Positions 1 through 8,024 of a stretch of 64,000 nt of DNA are shown piece after piece; the first letter of the stretch is position 1; each line of letters starts with the position of its first letter. Source of the DNA: an uncultured Actinomycetes bacterium (lineage in GTDB: Bacteria > Actinomycetota > Thermoleophilia > Solirubrobacterales > 70-9); contig CAVRKX010000003.1 in the NCBI GenBank assembly GCA_963721735.1, positions 18,027 through 82,026 on the forward strand, written 5' to 3'. The notes under the pieces were generated by a model that worked only from the letters and a program-made list of their open reading frames with translations, did no database searches and was not told where the DNA came from. The translations under genes were made by a program, and so were the position numbers.

Positions 1-56
1 CGCATCACCTCGCCGCTCTCGTTCCGCAGCTGTCGTTGGGTGATCCTCCGGCCCAT
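1..56 (-). CDS. 5' fragment of a possible Phd/YefM-like antitoxin gene running off the left edge
   Basis: A reverse-strand ATG at 56-54 opens MGRRITQRQLRNESGEVMR. The QRxLRNxSGEVMR pattern resembles antitoxin N-termini. Only 18 codons are visible and the ORF is not in the ORF track. Confidence 0.25.
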   Translation of the reverse strand, partial: MGRRITQRQLRNESGEVM

Positions 57-158
57 CCTCGAAGCGTAGCACGCGTGCGACGGATGCGTCCTTTCAAAGC
101 CGTTTCCACGCAGTAGAGCGATCGGCGACCCCAGCCAGGGCACCATAGGATTGCGACC

Positions 159-560
159 GTGCCGTTCACGCTCAGGAACCTCAAGGAGGACCTGGAGGAC
201 CTCGGGTCCAGGTTCGACGGCGCGCCGGACCTGGAGTTCCGCTTGGCGACCGAGGCGCTCGAGCTTGAGCAATCCGGCCTGGGCTACCAGCGCGTCCCGC
301 CCGGCTATCGCTTTCCGTACGGCCACACGCACAAGAAGCAGGAGGAGGTGTACGTGGTCCTGCGTGGGAGCGGGCGGATGAAGCTCGACGACGAGATCGT
401 CGAGCTCAAGCAATGGGACGCGGTGCGCGTCCCGCCCAGTATGTGGCGAGGCTACGAGGCCGGGCCGGAGGGCCTCGAGATCATCGTCATTGGCGCTCCC
501 AATCTCGGCGAGGCTCCGCGCGAAGACGTCGAGGGCCAGCGCGACTGGTGGGCTGACTAG
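159..560 (+). CDS. cupin domain protein
   Basis: 133-aa ORF. GYRFPYGHTHKKQEEVYVVLRGSG...WDAVRVPP fits the two-motif cupin barrel. The GTG start lies 7 nt after a TAGGAT -10-like hexamer (146-151), so the mRNA may be leaderless. Confidence 0.8.
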   Translation: MPFTLRNLKEDLEDLGSRFDGAPDLEFRLATEALELEQSGLGYQRVPPGYRFPYGHTHKKQEEVYVVLRGSGRMKLDDEIVELKQWDAVRVPPSMWRGYEAGPEGLEIIVIGAPNLGEAPREDVEGQRDWWAD

Positions 561-728
561 CGCAGGTAGGTGAACATGAAGCGAGGAGAGGTAACTCACT
601 CAGCCCGAGGGCAGTGCACGCTCCCCCTTCTAGCCAGTAGACCAGCCAGAAGGTTAATGACGGGTTGCGTTTCGAGTGAGCTGGATGCGAACGGTGTGAA
701 GAAACCAGCCCCGGCGGCCATGCTGAGC

Positions 729-880
729 ATGGGCGCGGCTGGTTTCGAACCAGCGACCTCTCGCGTGTCAAGCGGTGGTCCGTCAGGCACGGATGGGCGT
801 CGTTTTGCGCCTCTGGATGTGCGTCGATGTGCGCGGATGTACGCGCTAACGGGCACCAGAGCCGCTCTGGTGCCCGTTAG
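729..880 (-). repeat. tRNA-Val 3'-half copy A plus type-1 arm
   Basis: Core 729-774 has 1 mismatch, at 769, which changes the anticodon position from CAC to GAC. It is followed by GGATGGGCG, three GATGTGCG-like repeats, and a perfect 14-bp hairpin (846-859 pairing with 867-880). Confidence 0.85.
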
Positions 881-953
881 CGTCAGGGGGCCGAGCCGAC
901 CGCTGTTCAGCTAAGTGCCCCGACGGCGACCAACCCGCTTTCGGATTGGAACG

Positions 954-982
954 TTGACCGCCCGAGGCTCCGGTAGTAGGCT
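954..982 (+). promoter_or_regulatory. sigma-70-like promoter candidate for the delta-60 gene
   Basis: TTGACC (954-959), 17-nt spacer, TAGGCT (977-982, TAnnnT type), about 24 nt upstream of the 1006 start. AT-containing hexamers like these are rare in this GC-rich sequence. Confidence 0.4.
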
Positions 983-1005
983 CGCGAGGAAGCCCCGAGG
1001 CGGGG

Positions 1006-3477
1006 ATGAGAGGAGTGAGCCCGGAGCGGATGAGCGTGCGAAGGCCCGTAAGGAGCGCCGCCGCCCTCGTCGCTGCCCTAATGATCGGCGTCCTCTTCTC
1101 AGCGGGGGCGCAGGCCGCTCCGGGGGACCTCGACCTCACGTTCTCCGGCGACGGCAAGCAGAGGACCGACTTCGGCTTCGGTTCCAGCGGCGCGGCAGCG
1201 ACCGTGCGCCAGCCGGACGGCAAGATCGTCGCGGTCGGCGCCGTCGTCACCAGTTTTGGCGACGACTTCGCGCTCGCCCGCTACAACCCCAACGGGTCGC
1301 TCGACACGAGCTTCTCCGGCGACGGCAGGCAGAGGACGAACTTCGGGGGCGACTCCGACGGGGCGACTGCGGTGGCGCTCCAGACCAACGGCAAGATCGT
1401 CGTGGTCGGCGACACCGGCGCCAGCGACGAGAGTATCGGCGACTTCGCGCTCGCCCGCTACAACCCGAACGGGTCGCTCGACACGAGCTTCTCCGGCGAC
1501 GGCAAGCAGACGACCGACTTCGGGGACTTCGACTTGGCGAACGCGGTGGCGCTCCAGGGCGACGGCAAGATCGTCGCGGTCGGAACCGACTTCAGCGGCT
1601 CGGGCGACTTCGCGCTCGCCCGCTACACCCCGAACGGGTCGCTCGACACGAGCTTCTCCGGCGACGGCAGGCAGACGACCGACTTCGTCGGCAACTTCGA
1701 CGGGGCGACCGGGGTGGCGCTCCAGGCGAACGGCAAGATCGTCGCGGTCGGCGGCGGCGGCACTGCCAGCCGCGACTTCGCACTCGCCCGCTACAACCCG
1801 AACGGGACGCTCGACGCGAGCTTCTCCGGCGATGGCAAGCAGACGACCAACTTCGGGGGCTTCGACCAGGCGAGCGGGGTGGCGCTCCAGGGCGACGGCA
1901 AGATCGTCGCGGTCGGCCACGGTGGCGCCGGCTTCGGCGCGTTCGCACTCGCCCGCTACAACCCGAACGGGACGCTCGACGCGAGCTTCTCCGGCGACGG
2001 CAAGCAGACGACCGACTTCGGGGACTTCGACTTGGCGAACGGGGTGGCGGTCCAGGCGAACGGCAGGATCGTCGCGGTCGGCGGGACCGGCAACGGCTTC
2101 GCCGGCGACTTCGCGCTCGCCCGCTTCAACCCGAACGGCTCGCTCGACACGAGCTTCTCCGGTGACGGCAAGCAGACGACCGAGTTCGGGGGCAACGACG
2201 AGGCGAACGGGGTGGCGCTCCAGGGCGACGGCAAGATCGTGGCGGTGGGCGGCGGGGGCGCCGGCGCCAGCGGCGGCTTCGCACTCGCCCGCTACAACCC
2301 GAACGGGTCGCTCGACGCGAGCTTCTCCGGCGACGGCAAGCAGACGACCAACTTCCCTGGCGGCGACGCGGCTGCCGGCGTGGCGCTCCAGACGGACGGC
2401 AAGATCGTCGCGGTGGGCGGCGCCGGCAGCGTCTTCGAGAGTCGCGACTTCGCGCTCGCCCGCTACAACCCGAACGGCTCGCTCGACGCGAGCTTCTCCG
2501 GCGACGGCAGGCAGACGACCGAGTTCGGGGACGGCGACCGGGCAAACGCGGTGGCGCTCCAGGGCGACGGCAAGATCGTCGCGGTGGGCCGCGCGGGCGG
2601 GGGCGGCTTCGACTTCGCGCTCGCCCGCTACAACCCCAACGGTTCGCTCGACACGAGCTTCTCCGGCGACGGCAAGCAGACGACCGACTTCGGGGGCGCC
2701 AGCACTGAGGCGAACGCGGTGGCGCTCCAGGGCGACGGCAAGATCGTCGTGGTCGGCGTCGCCGGTACCGACTTCGCGCTCGCCCGCTACAACCCGAACG
2801 GGTCGCTCGACACGAGCTTCTCCGGCGATGGCAGGCAGACGACCGACTTCGGGATGATCACCGACCATGCGAACGCGGTGGCGCTCCAGGGCGACGGCAA
2901 GATCGTCGCGGTCGGCGGATTCCCCGCGCTCGGCGTCGGCGACGACTTCTTGCTCGCTCGCTACAACCCCAACGGCTCGCTCGACACGAGCTTCTCCGGC
3001 GACGGCAAGCAGACGACCGACTTCGGGGGCTCCGAGGGGGCAAACGGGGTGGCCTTCCAGGACGGCAAGATCGTCGCGGTCGGCGGGGGCGGGGGCGGGG
3101 GCGACTTCGCGCTCGCCCGCTACAACCCGAACGGCTCGCTCGACACGAGCTTCTCCGGCGACGGCAAGCAGACGACCGAGTTCGGGGGCAACGACGCGGC
3201 GAACGGGGTGGCGCTCCAGGGCGACGGCAAGATCGTCGCGGCGGGCTTCACCGGCGAGTTCGCCACCCCCGGCGACTTCGCGCTCGCCCGTTACAACCCG
3301 AACGGGTCGCTCGACATGAGCTTCTCCGGCGACGGCAGGCAGACGACCAACTTCGGGGGCTCCGACGGGGCGCACGGGGTGGCGCTCCAGGGCGACGGCA
3401 AGATCGTCGCTGTCGGGGTCGGCCTCGGCGCCGACCTTACCTACGATTTCGCGCTTGCTCGCTATTTAGGGGGCTGA
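1006..3477 (+). CDS. secreted delta-60 repeat domain protein (about 14 repeats)
   Basis: 823-aa ORF. N-terminal signal peptide (AALVAALMIGVLFSAGAQA). About 14 copies of a unit of roughly 60 aa, DFALARYNPNGSLDTSFSGDGKQTTDFG..ANGVALQGDGKIVAVG, which is the delta-60 repeat pattern. The long ORFs overlapping it in other frames are GC-rich shadows. Confidence 0.85.
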   Translation: MRGVSPERMSVRRPVRSAAALVAALMIGVLFSAGAQAAPGDLDLTFSGDGKQRTDFGFGSSGAAATVRQPDGKIVAVGAVVTSFGDDFALARYNPNGSLDTSFSGDGRQRTNFGGDSDGATAVALQTNGKIVVVGDTGASDESIGDFALARYNPNGSLDTSFSGDGKQTTDFGDFDLANAVALQGDGKIVAVGTDFSGSGDFALARYTPNGSLDTSFSGDGRQTTDFVGNFDGATGVALQANGKIVAVGGGGTASRDFALARYNPNGTLDASFSGDGKQTTNFGGFDQASGVALQGDGKIVAVGHGGAGFGAFALARYNPNGTLDASFSGDGKQTTDFGDFDLANGVAVQANGRIVAVGGTGNGFAGDFALARFNPNGSLDTSFSGDGKQTTEFGGNDEANGVALQGDGKIVAVGGGGAGASGGFALARYNPNGSLDASFSGDGKQTTNFPGGDAAAGVALQTDGKIVAVGGAGSVFESRDFALARYNPNGSLDASFSGDGRQTTEFGDGDRANAVALQGDGKIVAVGRAGGGGFDFALARYNPNGSLDTSFSGDGKQTTDFGGASTEANAVALQGDGKIVVVGVAGTDFALARYNPNGSLDTSFSGDGRQTTDFGMITDHANAVALQGDGKIVAVGGFPALGVGDDFLLARYNPNGSLDTSFSGDGKQTTDFGGSEGANGVAFQDGKIVAVGGGGGGGDFALARYNPNGSLDTSFSGDGKQTTEFGGNDAANGVALQGDGKIVAAGFTGEFATPGDFALARYNPNGSLDMSFSGDGRQTTNFGGSDGAHGVALQGDGKIVAVGVGLGADLTYDFALARYLGG

Positions 3478-3628
3478 GCCGGTTGAGGTCGGGCGGCGGG
3501 GACGCAGCTCCAGGGACGAGTGGTGGAATCAATAGGGGCCTGTTTCAGATCGTTTCCAGCTCGTCCCCAATTGACTACTCACCGTTTGGCCCGAGTAGAA
3601 AAACCTCACGGGTAGCGGGCCTTCTCTG

Positions 3629-3790
3629 ATGGGCGCGGCTGGTTTCGAAGCAGCGACCTCTCGCGTGTGAAGGCGGTGGTCCCCCAGGTACGGATGGGCG
3701 TTGTTCAGCGCACCTGGATGTGCGCGGATGTGCGCGATGTGCGCGGATGTGCGTGCTAACGGGCACCAGAACGGCTCTGGTGCTCGTTAG
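3629..3790 (-). repeat. tRNA-Val 3'-half copy B plus type-1 arm
   Basis: Core 3629-3675 has one T-stem substitution and a 1-nt insertion. It is followed by GGATGGGCG, four GATGTGCG-like repeats, and a 14-bp hairpin (3756-3769 pairing with 3777-3790, one G-U pair). Confidence 0.85.
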
Positions 3791-3861
3791 CGCGGGGTGC
3801 CCCACGGCGACCCGCTTTCGCTCCTCGCGCTAGGGCGCCATACCTGTTTTCAGAGGCGGCG

Positions 3862-3892
3862 TTGACTGTGCCCCCAGCCTCGGTGGTACGTT
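3862..3892 (+). promoter_or_regulatory. sigma-70-like promoter candidate for the second delta-60 gene
   Basis: TTGACT (3862-3867), 19-nt spacer, TACGTT (3887-3892), upstream of the 3929 start. The region downstream of it is homologous to the 5' region of the 1006 gene. Confidence 0.35.
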
Positions 3893-3928
3893 CGCGCGGA
3901 AGGCGCCCGGAGGTGGGAGGCGAGAGGA

Positions 3929-5197
3929 GTGAGCCCGGAGAGGATGAGCATGCGAAGGCCCGTAAGGAGCGCCACAGCCCTCGTCGCTGCCATGTGGGTC
4001 GCCGCCGTCTTCTCAGCGGGTGCACAGGCGGCCCCGGGGGACCTTGACTTGACCTTCTCCGGGGACGGCAAGCAGAGGACCGACTTCGGGAATACCGACT
4101 TCGCGAACGGGGTGGCGATCCAGGCGGACGGCAAGATCGTCGTGGTCGGTATCGGCGGCGCCGGCGACGACTTCGCGCTCGCCCGCTACAACCCGAACGG
4201 GTCGCTCGACCCAAGCTTCTCCGGGGACGGCAGGCAGACGACGGACTTCGGGGGCTTCGACGCCGCGAGCGGGGTGGCGATCCAAGCGAACGGCAAGATC
4301 GTCGCGGTCGGCCGGGGCCGCGGGGATTTCGCCCTCGCCCGCTACAACCCGAACGGGTCGCTCGACCCGAGCTTTTCGGGTGACGGCAAACGGACGACCG
4401 ATTTCGGGGCCAACGACGCAGCGTACGGGGTGGCGATCCAAGCGGACGGCAGGATCGTCGCGGTCGGCCGGGGCCGGGGGGATTTCGCCCTCGCCCGCTA
4501 CAACCCGAACGGGTCGCTCGACCCGAGCTTCTCCGGGGACGGCAAGCAGACGACGGACTTCGGGGGCTTCGACGAGGGAAGGGGGGTGGCGCTCGGGGCG
4601 AACGGCAAGATCGTCGCGGTCGGCGACGCCGGCGCCGGCGACTTCGCGCTCGCCCGCTACAACGCGGACGGGTCGCTCGACCCGAGCTTCTCCGCGGACG
4701 GCAAGCGCGCCACCGACTTCGGGGGCGACGACGCAGCGTACGGGGTGACGCTCCAGGCGGACGGCAAGATCGTCGCGGTCGGCGGCGGCGGGACCGCGCA
4801 GGCGGGGGTGCTCTTGCATGGAAACGGCGAAAGCTTCGCGCTCGCCCGCTACAACCCGAACGGGTCGCTCGACCCGAGCTTTTCCGGGGACGGCAAGCAG
4901 ACAACCGACTTCGGGGGCTCCGACCGGGCGAGCGGGGTGGAACGTCAGGCGGATGGCAAGATCGTGGTAGTCGGCAACGGCGGCGCCGGCGACGACTTCG
5001 CGCTCGCCCGCTACAACCCCAACGGGTTGCTCGACCCGAGCTTCTCCGCGGACGGCAGGCAGACGACGGACTTCGGGGGCGGCGATGCGGCGCACGGGGT
5101 GGCGCTTCAGGCGAACGGCAAGATCGTCGCGATCGGGCACGGCCTCGGCAGCGATCAACTCCAGGATTTCGCGCTCACTCGCTATCTGGCGAGCTGA
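3929..5197 (+). CDS. secreted delta-60 repeat domain protein (about 7 repeats)
   Basis: 422-aa ORF. Its signal peptide and first repeat are nearly identical to those of the 1006 gene (MSPERMSMRRPVRSATALVAA...AQAAPGDLDLTFSGDGKQRTDFG). It has 7 DFALARYNPNGSLDPSF units. Confidence 0.85.
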   Translation: MSPERMSMRRPVRSATALVAAMWVAAVFSAGAQAAPGDLDLTFSGDGKQRTDFGNTDFANGVAIQADGKIVVVGIGGAGDDFALARYNPNGSLDPSFSGDGRQTTDFGGFDAASGVAIQANGKIVAVGRGRGDFALARYNPNGSLDPSFSGDGKRTTDFGANDAAYGVAIQADGRIVAVGRGRGDFALARYNPNGSLDPSFSGDGKQTTDFGGFDEGRGVALGANGKIVAVGDAGAGDFALARYNADGSLDPSFSADGKRATDFGGDDAAYGVTLQADGKIVAVGGGGTAQAGVLLHGNGESFALARYNPNGSLDPSFSGDGKQTTDFGGSDRASGVERQADGKIVVVGNGGAGDDFALARYNPNGLLDPSFSADGRQTTDFGGGDAAHGVALQANGKIVAIGHGLGSDQLQDFALTRYLAS

Positions 5198-5255
5198 GCC
5201 GCGCCCGGGTTGAGGCGCGGCGGGAAACCGCACCCGGCGGGCGGGAACCCCAATT

Positions 5256-5446
5256 ATGGGCGCGGCTGGTTTCGAACCAGCGACCTCTCGCGTGTGAAGC
5301 GGCGACTTCTTCGAGGTCTCCAAGTTGCCGAAATCCGCATTGCCAAGCGGAATACGCCGCTGTGCGGGATGGCGATCTGCTACTCGCGGATTACCAGGGA
5401 TTACGCACGATTACCTGGGATTCGGGCAGAAAGGCGGCCCTCTGCC
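5256..5446 (-). repeat. tRNA-Val 3'-half copy D plus type-2 arm
   Basis: Core 5256-5301 matches exactly. The arm contains a CCGC..GCGG hairpin, a duplicated GATTACC(N)GGGATT motif, and a GGCAGAAAGG..CCTCTGCC hairpin. Confidence 0.85.
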
Positions 5447-5543
5447 ATGTGGGGTTGGAAGGGATTCAACGCTGCAACCGATCGGGAGAGCGGGGGCTGA
5501 GCATTGACGAGACCGCAAGGCGACGGTCGTTTCGACGCAGGAG

Positions 5544-7121
5544 TCAATGGTGCTCGAATTCCCGCTGACGTAGCTCGATTCGCCGGATCTTGCCGGTCAA
5601 CGTCTTCGGCAGCTCATCGACGAATTCGATCTTTCGCGGATAAGCGTATGCCGACAGGTGCCCCCGGACGAACGTCTTGATCTCGCCGGCGAGCTGCTCG
5701 GACGGCTCCTTCCCTTCGCCCAGGACCACGAACGCCTTGACGACGTGACCGCGCGTCGGGTCGGGCGAGGCGACCGCCGCGGCCTCGCGTACGGCAGGAT
5801 GCTCGATGCAGGCCGACTCGACCTCAAACGGACCGATCCGGTAACCGGCAGAGATGATCACGTCGTCGGCCCGCCCGGCATACCAGTAGTAGCCGTCGTC
5901 GTCCTCCTGCGCGGCATCCTTGGTGTGGAACCACTCGCCGCCAAAGGTCTCCTCGGAGGCCTCCGGGTTTTTCCAATGACCGAGCGGGTAATGCGGGTTC
6001 GACCGCGCCCGGAGGCAGATCTCGCCCCTTTCCCCGGGCGCGACCGGCTGCTCATCCTCGTCGAGGATCCTCACCTCCCAGCCGGGCATCGGCCTTCCCA
6101 TGGAGCCCTCGCGAACCTCCATGAACGGGAAGTTCGCGCACAACGGGTAGGACTCCGTCAGGCCGTAGTAGTCGAGCACCGTGACCCCGTATTGCTCGCG
6201 GAACCAGCGGATCGCCTCGGGATTCAGCGGCTCGCCCGCGGAGCAGACGATGCGGAACTTCTGTGGGTAGCGCTCGCCGGCGTCGTCGATCGCCATCATT
6301 GCGCGCATCGCGGTGGGCGTGGTGAACACGTTCGTGACCCCGTGCTTCGAGAGCACCTCGAGCTGCTTCGCGGGGTCGAACCCGCCCTCCCGCGCATACA
6401 CGAACTGGGTGGCGCCGAGGCGCCATGGTCCCAGCAACGGGGCGATTCCAGCCGCCCAAGCCCATTCCCCCATTCCGTGGAAGAGCTCGCCGTCACGAAC
6501 GTCGTGGCAATAGACGAACTCCTCGTGGGCGAGGATGTAGCGGTGGGCGTGGAGGATCCCCTTCGCGAGCCCAGTGGTCCCGGAGGAGTAATAGAGCTGT
6601 GCCGGGTCGTCGGCGGCCGTGTCGACCGTGTCGGCGTAATCGTCGACGCCGGCCAGTAGTCCATCGTCGAGGATCACCACCTCGTCGACGAGGTCATCGG
6701 GCATCCGGTCGGCCTGATCGGGCGAGCAGACGATCAGCTTCGGCTGCGAGTCCGCCACCCGATGCCGGATGCCCTCGTCACCGTAGAGCACCGACATCGA
6801 AAGGAGGATCGCGCCGAGCTTCCAGGTCCCAAAGAAGATGGCCGCGGTCTCGGGCGAGGCCGGGGCGACGACGGCGATGCGGTCGCCACGCTGGACCCCG
6901 CGCGCGCGCAGGACGTTCGCGGCTCGCGCGGCGAGCGACTGCATCTCCCCCCAGGTCGCATGGCGCTCGGTGCCCCGGAAGTCCTCGAACACCATCGCCA
7001 GCTTGTCGCGGGGGTGCTTGTCGCAGACGTCCGCTGCGATGTTGTAGCGGGGCGGGACCTCCCATCGGTGACCCGCGCAAGCCTCCTCGTAGGACCTTGC
7101 TCTAGTCGTCGTAGTGGCCAT
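5544..7121 (-). CDS. AMP-dependent synthetase/ligase (acyl-CoA synthetase family)
   Basis: 525-aa ORF with the AMP-binding motif YYSSGTTGLAKGILH and the C-terminal TGKIRRIELR motif. A GGAGGAG RBS lies upstream of the ATG. Confidence 0.9.
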   Translation of the reverse strand: MATTTTRARSYEEACAGHRWEVPPRYNIAADVCDKHPRDKLAMVFEDFRGTERHATWGEMQSLAARAANVLRARGVQRGDRIAVVAPASPETAAIFFGTWKLGAILLSMSVLYGDEGIRHRVADSQPKLIVCSPDQADRMPDDLVDEVVILDDGLLAGVDDYADTVDTAADDPAQLYYSSGTTGLAKGILHAHRYILAHEEFVYCHDVRDGELFHGMGEWAWAAGIAPLLGPWRLGATQFVYAREGGFDPAKQLEVLSKHGVTNVFTTPTAMRAMMAIDDAGERYPQKFRIVCSAGEPLNPEAIRWFREQYGVTVLDYYGLTESYPLCANFPFMEVREGSMGRPMPGWEVRILDEDEQPVAPGERGEICLRARSNPHYPLGHWKNPEASEETFGGEWFHTKDAAQEDDDGYYWYAGRADDVIISAGYRIGPFEVESACIEHPAVREAAAVASPDPTRGHVVKAFVVLGEGKEPSEQLAGEIKTFVRGHLSAYAYPRKIEFVDELPKTLTGKIRRIELRQREFEHH

Positions 7122-7182
7122 TGCTCTCCTCCGGTTGCGCCCCCCTCGAAGTGTCCTACATGGAGCCGAGTTGACAAAGCGA

Positions 7183-7228
7183 AGGGGCGCGGCTGGTTTC
7201 GAACCAGCGACCTCTCGCGTGTGAAGCG
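7183..7228 (-). repeat. tRNA-Val 3'-half copy E (core only)
   Basis: 45 of 46 nt match the consensus block. No long arm follows, only a short GCGTTCCT similarity to copy G. Confidence 0.85.
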
Positions 7229-7328
7229 GTGCGTTCCTCGCGCGCCCGAGGCCCCGCCTTCGATGAGTTCAATGACCGCACCAGGTCTACCTGGCAGGGG
7301 CGCAGCTACCGACCAAAAGGAGACGATC

Positions 7329-7736
7329 ATGAATTGGACGCTCGAAGTTGTGGTGGTCCCGGTCTCGGACGTAGACCGTGCTAAGGCTTTCTATGCCGAG
7401 CAGCTCGGCTTCAAGGTGGATCACGACACAAAGGTCAGTGAGGGAAATCGGATCGTTCAGCTCACCCCTCCCGGGTCCAGCTGTTCGATCGTCGTGGGCG
7501 AGGGCATCGTCCCGGACATGCCAGCGGGCTCGCTCAAGGGCCTGCAGCTGGTCGTCCCCGACATCCATGCCGCACGTGGTCGGCTCAAAGAGCACGAGGT
7601 GGATGTCAGCGAGATCCAGGTCATGGGCGAGAGCCCCAGACGTCAGCCAGACCGACTCGACAATGTCGGATTCGTCTTCTTCAACGATCCGGACGGCAAC
7701 GGCTGGGCCGTGCAGCAGATATCGGCCCGTCGTTAG
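7329..7736 (+). CDS. VOC/glyoxalase family protein
   Basis: ATG at 7329 preceded by an AAGGAG RBS. MNWTLEVVVVPVSDVDRAKAFYAEQLGFKVDHD...FFNDPDGNGWAVQQ is typical of glyoxalase/bleomycin-resistance folds. The 324-aa track ORF is an upstream over-extension. Confidence 0.85.
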   Translation: MNWTLEVVVVPVSDVDRAKAFYAEQLGFKVDHDTKVSEGNRIVQLTPPGSSCSIVVGEGIVPDMPAGSLKGLQLVVPDIHAARGRLKEHEVDVSEIQVMGESPRRQPDRLDNVGFVFFNDPDGNGWAVQQISARR

Positions 7737-7940
7737 TCGGATCGGCCGCTCTACCGCTCGTGGGACGGGCGTCATCAGCCCTCGATGAGCTCGACCTCGG
7801 CGCCCGTCGGCGACGGCGCCACGAAGCTCATCGACATCCTCTCGCAGCTTGCCGTGCCGGGGCTCCCAGGGGCTCGCTGAGCGTGCTAGATGGGGCAGGA
7901 GCGCGGCTGGCTAACGACTACCTGCTTTCTGCGGAGGGGC

Positions 7941-7970
7941 TTGACCGCCCACGGCTTCCGGCTATAGGGT
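7941..7970 (+). promoter_or_regulatory. sigma-70-like promoter candidate
   Basis: TTGACC (7941-7946), 18-nt spacer, TAGGGT (7965-7970), about 55 nt upstream of the 8025 start. Confidence 0.4.
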
Positions 7971-8024
7971 CGGTGCAGAGAAGCCGGTGATGGACCGGAC
8001 AGCCCGAAAGCACGGGGGGATATT

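Noticed and set aside
915-5323. Long ORFs overlapping the delta-60 genes in other frames and on the opposite strand (915-2165, 1099-3375, 1256-2857, 3756-4904, 4013-5323)
   Set aside because: Their translations are Arg/Pro/Ala/Gly-rich low-complexity sequence typical of off-frame reading of GC-rich repeats. The plus-frame delta-60 ORFs have signal peptides and a recognisable repeat family.
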